From Geosiphon pyriformis uo1 (Eukaryota; Fungi; Glomeromycota): a stretch of DNA of 26,614 nucleotides. Both the position numbers and the translations under genes were made by a program. Position 1 is the stretch's first letter; every line of letters starts with the position of its first letter. The stretch spans positions 1 to 26,614 of the forward strand of contig JAAOMT010000753.1 of the NCBI GenBank assembly GCA_016748015.1. Direction: 5' to 3'. The notes below the pieces were generated by a model, which was given only the letters and a program-made list of their open reading frames with translations, was not told the DNA's origin and made no database searches. Positions 1 through 10,399 of this stretch are shown here, in pieces.

Positions 1-540
1 TCTACTTAAACAGGCTTACTGGGTGATTGATTTAATACACTTAAACAGACTAGTTTTTCAAAAAGTTCTTGGTTAACTTTACAAGAGATTATTAAACGTA
101 ATTAGACTTAATAGGGATTTTTCTATATTAATTCCCCTCATTATAACACAATAATTTCATTAAGATTGCATGAAATAAATAGAACTTATTCCAATAAAGT
201 CTCATAATCTAAAAATAACAATACTAATATTTCTATTTATTAAATCACTGAGCCTAAACCAAATAATATCCTATAAGAAAACATTAATGCAGGCAAGAAC
301 ATTAATTGTTTATTTCTATTAGAAATTTTTAAACGATTGCCAGCTAAATAAAATACATAATAAATGTTTTTGTTGATTTTAAGCTACCATTACTGGGCTT
401 TTGCATTTGAACCTCGATATTCACCAAAAGTGGACATAATAGTAAATTTTATTAGACTCTTGAACATTAATTAGCTTTAAACCCAGTCCGCTTACATAAA
501 TTAGTCAAAAAAATTAGGCACGACATGAAATTCTTAATAA

Positions 541-798
541 TTATGGATAATCCTTAAAAGTTGTATTTCTGATCTTAAACTCTTTAATTCGGTAAATTAT
601 TATCCACAGTCAGCCAAAATTTATGGAGTTATTGAATATCTAGCACCCAAGGTTTGTAACAGGGCCCCTCATATTAAGAATAGGGATATCTATGATTTTG
701 TCATCATTTGCTGGAAAACTATTTCAGATGTGATCGGTAGAAAGTGTTCTATAATAGAAAAGTATACATCTCAAAAAAAATTAGCAGATGCAAAGTAA
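541..798 (+). pseudogene. Protein kinase (TKL-like) pseudogene fragment, subdomains VII-IX
   Basis: Frame +1 reads CISDLKLF...KIYGVIEYLAPKVCNRAPHIKNRDIYDFVIICWKTIS, a decayed ISDLGL / YGVxxYxAPEV / DIYSFGxIxWE. Stops lie immediately upstream. The relic may extend over ~150-930. Confidence 0.72.
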
Positions 799-3420
799 AC
801 GAATCTGTTTATGAAAAAAGAAAAGATACAAGATGCTAGCATGTCATGATACGGCAAGGTATAAAATTCAATAATCTCAAAACCTGGATTTTCTACAAAT
901 GGTAGGCCTTTTATTTATTATATTCAAAAAGCTTTTAATCTAAGGACCTTTATTGATGATATGAAAATCAAGAATTGAGGGAGGATCGGTTCTTCAAAAT
1001 ATAATTTATTATCATATATATACTTTCATCTTTATATCTCTTTTAAGAGAAACTTTTTGAATAAAAGTTATTAAATATAAGGTGTTTGCTTATCAATTTT
1101 ATTTATGCACAAACACGTTTTGAAAACCCTATTCTTTTAAAACATTATTTATACATATTTGTAATATCTACCTAAATTAATATTTCAATTGACCAAGCTT
1201 ACTTAAACTTAAAATAATTTCTTTTCTTTTGGTTTAATACATTAAATGTTATATTTTACATTTTATCAATGGGTAAATTTTAATAAAATTGTAGTTTTTA
1301 AATGTAAGCCAAATGTTAAAAGTATACAATTAAACTTATTTTTTGATTTGTTTTTATTTTATTTTTTAATAAAAAAACACATCAAATTAATATTAATATA
1401 GAGGATTTATGTATGTTTTACAATAACTCTGCTTTTATTTTTAATTGATTTTTCAATAATATTATATATATGAACTATTATAAACAAATCTTAATTTAGA
1501 TAAATATTAATAAATATTATTATAAGTAATAAAAGTTTTTATATATGAAAATATTTATAACTAACAAATTTTAATTTATAATATTCTAGAATATTAAAAT
1601 TTTGTTACTATAATAAATTATCATTATAAATTGATTTATAATATTGAACTCTAATTGTAATAACCAATTAAAAAACTGGATTTAAATATTACACAAATAA
1701 AATTATTAATACATTTTCGAGAAAACAATTACTTGAAAAAAATAATTGCTAATCAATTTTGTTTTTGATTATTTTTTATTTTCTTATATTGGGATATTCA
1801 TCTAACTATTTGAAAAACTTAAATAATTAACAAGGTAGACTAATTTTTTTAAATAATCAAGTTAACCTTAAAGATTCTAATTCCTTTTTTCAACTCCACT
1901 ACATTTAATAAAAATGCCTTTGATTGCTTACTGGTCAGGTAATCAAAAGTTTTATTTTTTTTAACATATGCTAGATCTTCTCTCCAAATCAGGCTAAGCA
2001 AAGTTTGAAGAATGAAATGATATTATAGCTTTCTAATTAACTTATAAATAAAACAAAATAACCATATAATTTTTAATAAATTTACAATCCCTAAAATTTT
2101 ACGTCATAATTTATTGGATCTTAATTTATAAAATTGAAAGGGAACCAAGTTTTATTTATATTTTTATTTAGGAAGTATCAAATAATAGAGCTTATAACTT
2201 TTTCGATCATAACAGTTGGATCTTATTCTAATTTTGAATATTACAAGTAGAGAAAAATTAAAACCACAATGCATAGGTGATAAGAAAATCAAGTTAATTA
2301 TCTTTCTAAAACGAATAGTTATTAATAAATTTTGAAATTTTTTTTAATAATTAATTTTTCTAATTAATATTCCTCTTGTTTTTTCTATCCCTCCAGAATA
2401 AAAATATTCCAATTGAGATTATTATTAATTTTTGGCTATATTAGACAGAACATAAAAATAAGTTTTCAGTATTAGCCCATTTTAGCTGAAAATATTTGAA
2501 TATAGTTCAATTTTATTCTTTTATAATGATAAGTAAAATTATGTTTATACTCAGCATAGTCAAGAAATTACTTTTTAATAAATAGAGTAATAAATATATA
2601 GAAAAATTTAAATTTAAAACTGTTTATTTTCATTTGTAAAAACTGGTCTTTACAAAATATTAATAAATACTTATTAATTTATATTTCTTATTATATATAA
2701 ACTATGACTAATCAGATATTAATTTAATATAATTTAATTGCAAAGGATCCCAAAAAGATTTGTCACCACTTTTTTTATCTAATTAATTCCCACGTTTTGC
2801 AGTAGAAATTTGAGAATCCAAGTATTTTTCCCAATATAAATAGTAAATTTTTTTATGTAATATAAAATGCATAAATCATTTATTTAACTAGAAAAAATGT
2901 AGTAATAAATCTTTGATGCCTTTTCTAACGGTTTGAATAAAACATATTTTTCAATAAAGGTTACAAACTTTATTTAAATAAATATCTTTTGAAATATAAT
3001 AAAAGTTTACTATTTTTATTAAATAATTTTTGTTTATAACTTAAAAATAATACATTATTTTATTATTTTAAATATTAAATATTATATTTTAAAATTTAAA
3101 TTATTTTCTGTTATTAATTTAAATTTTGTGAAAAATTTGTTTAATATTATGCTAACTTTTTAATAAAAAATTCAAATTTTATAATATATCTTTTTTTATT
3201 ATGTAATAACGAAGGCTTATGCTTAATCACATGTGATCAGCCACCCGAGCCAGCCATACCCTGAGAACTAACACATCAAAAAACAAACCTGAGATTAAGA
3301 ACAAGCCCTTAACAAAACCAAAATTCAGATTAATTTCTTTGACAAAACCAATCTTATGAATTGCTACATTATTAAGCAAAAAAGCTGAACCTCTAAAATC
3401 AGAAATTACAAAACCAGCAT

Positions 3421-4200
3421 CATTTCAAATTAATGAAAGAGGTGAACGGAAAGAAAAGGAGAAAGTGCACCTACTGTAAGCTAGTCTTATATTATTAATA
3501 ATAGTGAGATAATACTTATTTTTATTTTTATTAATATTCCTATTTATAATAGGAAAATTTATGTTCTGGGAGAAGGCAGTACAACGCACCTCTTAAAGCA
3601 TTTAAAAAAAAACAATCCAATCAAATTTAATGATAAAAATTCTGGAACATTGGATGGTTTTGTTTAGGATGAAGGAATTCCGGTTAGTATCTCAATTTTT
3701 TTTATTTGATTTTTACTAATTTACTAATTATTTTCTAATTAACAAACTTACACATCTGTCTGTTTTCACAAATATCTTGTCAGATAGATTGTTTCCTCTG
3801 ATCAATCGTTTACCAAGATTGAGAAGAATGACTTTTGCAAAGTCCTCCACCTAATTAATCATGAAGTCATCCTTCCCATCACTGACACTATTAAAACCGA
3901 GATAATGGAAACTTTTTTCATGGAACAAAATAATATTCGTCAAATTTAACAGGTATAAATCTTTGTATTATGATTAATATTTTATTTGTCAACCAGAATG
4001 CCCCGGGCTGTTTATCTTTCACACTTGATGCATGAATCTCTTCAAATATGCTGCCTTTTCTAGGCATTACTGCCCATTAGATCACTAGAGATTGGCAACT
4101 GAAAGAAATATTATTGGACTTTTGTATACTGTACGGGCCCCACTCTGATGAAAATTTAGCCAAAGTCTTTAAATGTTGTTGTCGAAAGTTAGATATATTA
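3421..4200 (+). pseudogene. hAT-superfamily transposase pseudogene (BED zinc finger + N-terminal part of the DDE domain), interrupted by introns
   Basis: HFKLMKEVNGKKRRKCTYCK (3421-3480); KIYVLGEGSTTHLLKHLKKNNP (from 3554); LVR*IVSSDQSFTKIEKNDF...PITDTIK (3776-3952); GT..AG intron 3953-3996; NAPGCLSFTLDA*ISSNMLPFLGITAH*ITRDWQLKEILLDF...GPHSDENLA (from 3997), matching the hAT 'SFTxDxWTS...GITAHWI...HSGENLA' block. Trp codons are mutated to stops. Confidence 0.88.
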
Positions 4201-4291
4201 TTAATTAGACTTCTTTTTTTACACTTTGCCAGATCAAATCTCTGTGAGCCATCAATAATATGCAGAGCACCAATGTCAAACTGACCAAACT

Positions 4292-4440
4292 TAGTGTTCC
4301 AATCAGTTTGATTAAAACCGAACTGAACCGTAATTCGACTCATTGGTTTCGGTTTGGTTTTTGAAGTAAACCAAACCAGAATTTCGATTCGGTTTTTTTT
4401 CAGTTTCGGTTCCATATAAAATCAAACCGAAAATCTGGTA
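4292..4440 (+). mobile_element. Probable hAT-like DNA transposon terminus with subterminal AAACCG/CGGTTT repeats
   Basis: Starts TAGTGTTCCAA (hAT ends typically begin C/TAGTGTT or TAGGG), followed by many AACCG(AA)/(TT)CGGTT-type motifs in both orientations. No partner TIR was found. Confidence 0.55.
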
Positions 4441-5079
4441 ATTACATTCATGTGACAACATAATAAGTGTGAAAATAAATCATGCATCACATTTACATGA
4501 CAATGTGAGAAATGAATTACGACCATAACCTGGCAATTTTTTTTTCAATCAAAAAAATTGCCCATTATGTAAACTTTGTTTCTCAACTTCCAGTGTGATA
4601 AAAAGCAACTTCCAAGATGTCAGACCTTGATAGAAAGGTAAGTGAGCCAGATGAGTGAAAAAGAAGCATAACCAGCACATCAGATTTAAGTAAAATAATG
4701 AGAAGCCGAATATAGAGATATTATTGCTTTTTTAAAAGAGTTTTTAAAATAAACTTATTTAAATAAATATATTATGTAAACAATATAAATTTTAGCTAAG
4801 TGTTTAGTTATGAACCAGTTTTAGAAATCTTGGAATTTTCTAGTAAATTAATTTTTAACAGAAATATAAATCAAACAGAAAAACAAAAAATTGAGTTTAA
4901 TAAAATCTAGATAATTTCTGTTGCATATCGCAAAGTGTTTTTTAATTATTAAGCCAAGTATAAATAATTATTATACAATAAAAAGTAAAATAAATTTTAA
5001 TAATCTTACAAAAACATTATTTTTATGTTATAAATTTAAATAATAAGCAAAAAGATAGCAAGCAAAAAAACTATTTAAA

Positions 5080-5550
5080 GTAATAAAAATAATTAAAAAA
5101 GTTAATTGAATTTGTAAAAATCTAAAATGCATTATTAATTTCAAAAAAATAAAAAATAGTTTATAATTATTAACAAATAACACTATTGCTATTATTTAAC
5201 AATTCTTAAAATCAATAATAAATATTTTTGTGCTTTTTAATTGTTTTTTTATTTAATAAATTACAAAAGCAAATAAATAACTTTTCAAACTAATTTTAAC
5301 ACTACAAATTAAGAAAAAAAATAAATTATGTAAATATTCACAATTAATTTTTTATTTATAGATATTTAAATACTTAAAAAAATTAAAAATTAAAAAAAAT
5401 ATTAAATATAGAAAAAATATTAAATATGTGATTATTGTATTTTATTTTTAGATCTATTTTAAACTTTATATTTTTTTATAGCTGAAAAATTTATTATTAA
5501 TATAGCTATTAAAAAATATTAATAACAAAGTTAACAACTAAGTTATTCAT
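5080..5550 (+). repeat. Highly decayed dispersed repeat, copy 1 (homologous to 21650-22160); possibly the body of the element starting at 4292
   Basis: Collinear shared blocks with copy 2, e.g. aaaaaatagtttataatt, ttgtg(c/t)tttttaatt(g/a)tttttttatt(t/c)aataaatta, atattta(a/g)atacttaaaa, gaaaaatttatt(a/g)tt(a/c)atatag(c/t)tattaaaaaa. Confidence 0.68.
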
Positions 5551-6650
5551 TAGATTATTAATTAGCTAAATAGTTACTATCTAAAATAAAGTAGCTAATT
5601 TCATAATGTTAAATAGCTAATATATATAATAGTAATAAAAACTATAATTTTTAATCATAATATTATTATTAATATTTTTCAATTTTATTTTTTAAAATAT
5701 AAATATTTTAAAACTTTAATTAAAAAATTAGTTAAAAAATTCATAGTTACTTTATTATAAATAAACAAAAATCTGTAAAAAAAAACCCAATTTGGTTTTT
5801 TTTCTTTTTTCTGCTATAATTATTAGCAAATTATTATCTATTTAAATTTACAAACAATATATATTGAAAGATAAAATAAAGAATTCAACAAAAAAAAGTT
5901 AAAACAGTTTAAAAAAATTACTAAAAAAACAACTTTTAAAATTGATATAAAGCAGTATATTAACTGTATATTCTATTCTAATACTGTTTAAAAATATTGT
6001 TCAATTATAAAATACAAATATTTACTTTTAACAGAATTAAAAAACTCATTAAAATTAAGTTTTAAAACTTATAATAACAAATTACTAAAGCAAAATAATT
6101 AAAATATGTTAAATAATATTACTAATAAAAAATTAATATTGATTTTGATAAAACTTAATCTTAAAAAAAAATAATGTTACTTAATAAAATTAAGTATAAA
6201 TTATTATCTAAATTATTATATAAATTAACTAATTATTAATTATAATATTTAATATAATATAATCTATGAATAATAATCAAAAAGACACATAAAATACAAT
6301 TGTATTTAATTTTACAAAATTATTTAAAAATTAATTTAAAAAGTATTTATTAACAAATAAAAAGTCCAATAATTTAATATTTATTTATAATTTAATTAAA
6401 ATTGACTTATTTTTGTATAATCATAAAAAATCTATACAATAATTATTATTTATAAAAAAAGTATCTAAATTATCTATTTATTTAATTATAAAAATATCAA
6501 ATTAAAAATTTTTTTATCATATTTTTTCATTTTTTAGTTTGAAAATTTTAATAAAATAACTAATTCTAGAATTGTTTATACAAAAAAATAAAATTATTTC
6601 TTTAAATTACAAAACTATATAATTAATAAATTTATAATTAATTGTTAAAA

Positions 6651-7030
6651 TATTATTTATTTATTTATTTTTATTACAAGTTTTACAAATAAAGTCCAAC
6701 TGCTATCTAGTACATAGAACCAAATTAAGTAGAATCAATTAAACACAGCTTACGCACAAACTACATGTGGCCAGCCACTTAGGCCAGACAAAGCAACACT
6801 ATACACCTATAATAACAAAAACATTATCACCTAAATCAGAGAAAAAACAACACAATTTGCACCTGCCAAACCTAATAGCAAAAGATTCTATAATACCAAA
6901 CATATGGACAACACCAGTTAACAATGTAGAAACTACACTGCTGGACAAGCCAAAAATCACACTATTATTTCCAACCAAGCCAGTCTTTTCTATTTTCACT
7001 CTATGCTTGGTCCTAACAGTCTATATACAA
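6651..7030 (-). mobile_element. 3' end of LINE copy 1: ORF2 C-terminus (stop at 6799-6801), 3' UTR and (TAAA)n tail
   Basis: Removing 7031-10399 and one TSD copy gives a continuous frame FVVELQHIC|I*TVRTKHRVKIEKTGLVG...VIIGV*. The minus strand ends cttgtaataaaaataaataaataaataata at 6651-6680. Confidence 0.88.
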
Positions 7031-8021
7031 TGTTACAAATAATTATTTGGGGTCTCAAATCAAATTACAAATCTGTAACTTGGTGCTCAATTGATATAAT
7101 TATGTTGGTTTTTAAAAGTGTTTATGAATCTGAAGATTTTGTTATTTGAAGATTTTGGTTGAATTCTTTGTATAATAGACAGAGATTTAATAGTTGTTTC
7201 AGTAGTCTTCCGAAATCACAATTCTATCAAATTTTTTTCTCTACATGGTGGCCAATAATCTTTCTGATAAGCTATTCTCAAATCTATGAGTATTCTACTC
7301 TTATTTCACAGGTTTTTTACTAGTCTCTATGATGTCTTGTAACTTCAGCACTTAATTTTTTACTCAATTAGTAAATAACAACAAAAGAAAAGAAATAAAA
7401 AAAAAAATATGAAATAAAAAATAAAAAATAAGCCAAGGCAATTCCAGTTAGTATTTTGTCAATAACTATGATCAAGAGCTATTGTTCTAGTATGGTTAAG
7501 TGTTAGATTTTATCAAAATAAAGTGTTAGATTTTATCAACATGAAGTGTTGATAAATAGAAGAGTAATTATATTTTCAAACAAATAACAATAACATAGAT
7601 TTGAAAAATTGGTCTTTTATTTATATAATTCTATTTTGGTTAATAGCAACTATCTTTGAAATAAGGGTTAATAAATAAAAAAGAAAGAGGATTGTTTTAA
7701 ATTAATAAAACTTTATTGAATTCTCCAAGAATTGCTTTTTCTGCTTTTAACACTCTCATTATATATATATAATTTATGTTATATGAGATTCCTTGAATTC
7801 CTCAATTCTCTAGCCAAAATTCTTGGAATTCCTAGAATTTTGCAATTCCTTTGAGAGAAATTCTGGAATTCTGGAATCCTGCAATTCCTCATATGAGAAT
7901 CCTGAAATTCCTGAAATCTTGCAATTTTTCTGAGAAGAATTTTAGAATTCTACATTTACTATGTCTCCTTCTGATTGGCTAATTTATATGTTAATATATT
8001 TCCTATATTCTATGAGTAATA
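7031..8021 (-). repeat. 3' LTR (991 bp)
   Basis: tgttacaaataatt...tatgagtaata; aligns end to end with 9431-10399 (21 differences in the first 180 bp by manual count). Confidence 0.95.
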
Positions 8022-8036
8022 TTATTCTCTCTTTTA
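8022..8036 (-). other. Polypurine tract (decayed)
   Basis: Minus strand reads AAAAGAGAGAATAA immediately before the 3' LTR. Confidence 0.65.
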
Positions 8037-8125
8037 ATATTGAGTTTCTGCAAAATCTTTTAAATCTCTTTTTTGTATCAATGTTGTTGCTGTAATTTTT
8101 ATTGTTATTTGTAAATTTAATTTTA

Positions 8126-8445
8126 TATGTGACTGGGGTTTTTAACTATAATAGTCTGTCTAGAATATCCATGTTCAAATCTTGTATCTGTATTATGTGT
8201 ATGTTCAGACATAATGTCCTCATTATTATCACTGAATTTAGTTAATTCCTGTTTTATTGTAAGATTTAGAAGTGTGATATATTGTTCGGTATTTGAAGTG
8301 GAGTTTGAATTGTTGTTGGCAGAGTTTGAATTGTTGTTGTCATTAGTGGAATTTGAATTATTGCTGTTATCAGTGGAGTTTGAATCAGGATTAAGTTCTG
8401 ATTCTAATTCCTATTTGTTTTTGCTGATTGACTCTTCTTCAAATA
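8126..8445 (-). pseudogene. Polyprotein relic: Asn/Ser-rich linker followed by a probable dUTPase N-terminus (motif 1)
   Basis: Minus frame (missed by the ORF track): ELESELNPDSNSTDNSNNSNSTNDNNNSNSANNNSNSTSNTEQYITLLNLTIKQELTKFSDNNEDIMSEHTHNTDTRFEHGYSR. Reversing C>T/G>A changes turns MSEHTHNTDTRF into MPERAHDTDAGF, the trimeric dUTPase P-x-R-A-x3-D-A-G-x-D-L motif. Confidence 0.55.
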
Positions 8446-8559
8446 TATAACACATGGGAGTGGATTGTGACTATGTCTCAATATTTTAACTCAGGGCTGT
8501 CAGGTGAGTTTTGCTGATTTATTGGTACTATGAGAATTAGGTTTTATTGGGCTATTGGA

Positions 8560-9300
8560 GGTAAGTTTTCTTGTATAATAACAAGGTTTGGAATTTATCA
8601 GACTTCGAATGTTGAGTTTTTTAATAATTCCCAAAGTTTGAATTGCTAAAGATTTAACAAGTTTTATTGATGGTAAGTTTTTTTGTACAATAGCAGGGTT
8701 GGAATTATTGGGCTTCGAATGTTTAGGTTTTTAAACAATCAGATCTTGAATAATTAGAGTTTAACGAGTTTTAACAAGTTTATCAAAGATAAGTTTTGAA
8801 TGTTCGGGGTTTTAATGATTGGGTTTTGAATAAACAGAGTTTTAATTTAACTTGTTTTAATGAATTTATCAATGATAATTTTTGAATGTTCGGGGTTTTA
8901 ATGATTGAGTCTTGAATAATTGGAGTTTTAATTTAACAAGTTTTTTAATGAATTTATCAATGGTAATTTTCAAATGTTTGGAGTTTTAATGATTGGATCT
9001 TGAATAATCAGAGTTTTAATTTAACAAGTTTTTAATAAATTTATTAAAGGTAAGTTTCAAATGTTTGGGGTTTTAATGATTAGGTTTTGAATAAATGGAG
9101 TTTTAATTTAATGAGTTTTAACAAATTTATCAATGGTAATTTTCAAATGTTCGGGGTTTTAATGATCAGATCTTAAATAATCAGAATTTTAATTTAATGA
9201 GTTTTTAACAAATTTATCAACAGTAAGTTTTGAATGTTCAGGGTTTTAATAATCAGGTTTTGAATAATCAGAATTTTTTAATTTAATAAGTTTATTAAAA
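8560..9300. repeat. Tandem array of ~87-bp units inside the LTR element
   Basis: Unit anchors (g/a)aatgtt(c/t)gggg at 8798, 8884, 8972, 9059, 9145, 9232 (periods 86, 88, 87, 86, 87), plus two more divergent units near 8607 and 8717. Confidence 0.92.
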
Positions 9301-9410
9301 ATAATAGTAAAATAAGGATTTTACGAATTCTAAGTGATTTTTTTTTGTTTTTTTTTGGTCTGCCACTTTCTCGTATGGTTGTTGCTGGTGCTGGTTTTCT
9401 GTTGGATTAT

Positions 9411-9428
9411 GCCTCACAGGGAGCACCA
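9411..9428 (-). other. tRNA primer-binding site (18 nt)
   Basis: Minus strand TGGTGCTCCCTGTGAGGC, 2 nt from the 5' LTR. It is complementary to a tRNA 3' end GCCTCACAGGGAGCACCA, resembling elongator tRNA-Met or tRNA-Ile(UAU) ends. Confidence 0.9.
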
Positions 9429-9430
9429 AA

Positions 9431-10399
9431 TATTACAAGTAATTATTTGAAGTCTTAAATCAAATAACAAATTCATAACTTGGTGCTCAATTGATATAAT
9501 TATGTTGGTTTCTAAAGGTGTTTATGAATCTAAAAATTTTGTTATCTGAAGATTTTGGTTGAGTCCTTTGTATAATGGACAAAGCTTTAATAGTTGTTTC
9601 AGTAGTTTTTTAGAATTACAATTTTATCAAATTTCTTTCTCAGTGTAGTGGCTGGTAATTCTTCTGGTAAGTTATCCTCAAATTTATGAGTGTTTTATCT
9701 TTGTTTCATGAGTTTTTTACCATTTTCTATGATGTTTTATAACTTCAGTGCTTAATCTTTTACTTAATTAGTAAATAACAACAAAAAAAAAGAAATAAAA
9801 AGAAAAGAAATAAGAAATAAGAAATAAGCCAAAACAATTCTAGTTAGTATTCTGTCAATAGCTATAATTAAGAACTATTGTTTTAGTGTGATTGAGTGTT
9901 GGATTTTATCAACATGAAATGTTGATAAATGGAAGAGTAATTATATTTTCAAACAAATGACAATAACATGAATTTGAAAAATTGGAGAAATTTTTTATTT
10001 ATATAATTTCATTTTAGTTGATAGCAACTATTCTTGAAATTAAGGTTAATAAATAAAGAAGAAAGAAGATTGTTCTAAATTAATAAAACTCTATTGAATT
10101 CTCCAGGAATTGTTTTTTCTGCTTTTAACACTCTTACTATATATATATAATTTATGTTATATGAGATTTTTTGAATTCCTCAATTTTCTAGCCAGAAATT
10201 TTAGAATTCCTGAAATCTTGCAATTCCTTTGAAAAGAATTCTGGAATTTGAGAATCCTGCAATTCCTCATATGAGAATCCTGAAATTTCTAGAATCCTGT
10301 AATTTCTCTGAGAGAAATCTTGAAATTCTACATTTACTATGTCTCTTTCTGATTGGCTAATTTATATATTAATATACTTCCTATATTCTATGAGTAACA
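9431..10399 (-). repeat. 5' LTR (969 bp)
   Basis: tattacaagtaatt...tatgagtaaca; homologous to 7031-8021; adjacent to the PBS. Confidence 0.95.

Larger units (their letters stand above)
7031..10399 (-). mobile_element. Non-autonomous LTR retroelement (3369 bp; probable Ty3/Gypsy deletion derivative, TRIM/LARD-like)
   Basis: Two ~1 kb direct repeats; outer ends TGTTAC...GTAACA; 4-bp TSD ACAA (7027-7030 and 10400-10403); PBS and PPT on the minus strand; 1.4-kb interior with no recognisable gag, protease or RT. Confidence 0.95.

Noticed and set aside
1000-3200. Organellar or endosymbiont DNA suggested by extreme AT content
   Set aside because: No rRNA, tRNA or respiratory or bacterial genes; flanked by spliceosomal-type introns and nuclear TEs.
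4077-4415. 112-aa minus ORF as a real gene
   Set aside because: It spans subterminal repeats and the antisense of the hAT exon; no recognisable motif.
8214-8450. 78-aa plus ORF (VEFELLL repeats)
   Set aside because: Antisense shadow of the Asn/Ser-rich linker on the minus strand.
8560-9300. CRISPR-like array
   Set aside because: Units are similar along their whole length with no unique spacers; eukaryotic context and no cas genes.
9411-9428. tRNA gene
   Set aside because: Only the 3' 18 nt including CCA are present, with no cloverleaf; the position next to an LTR identifies a PBS.
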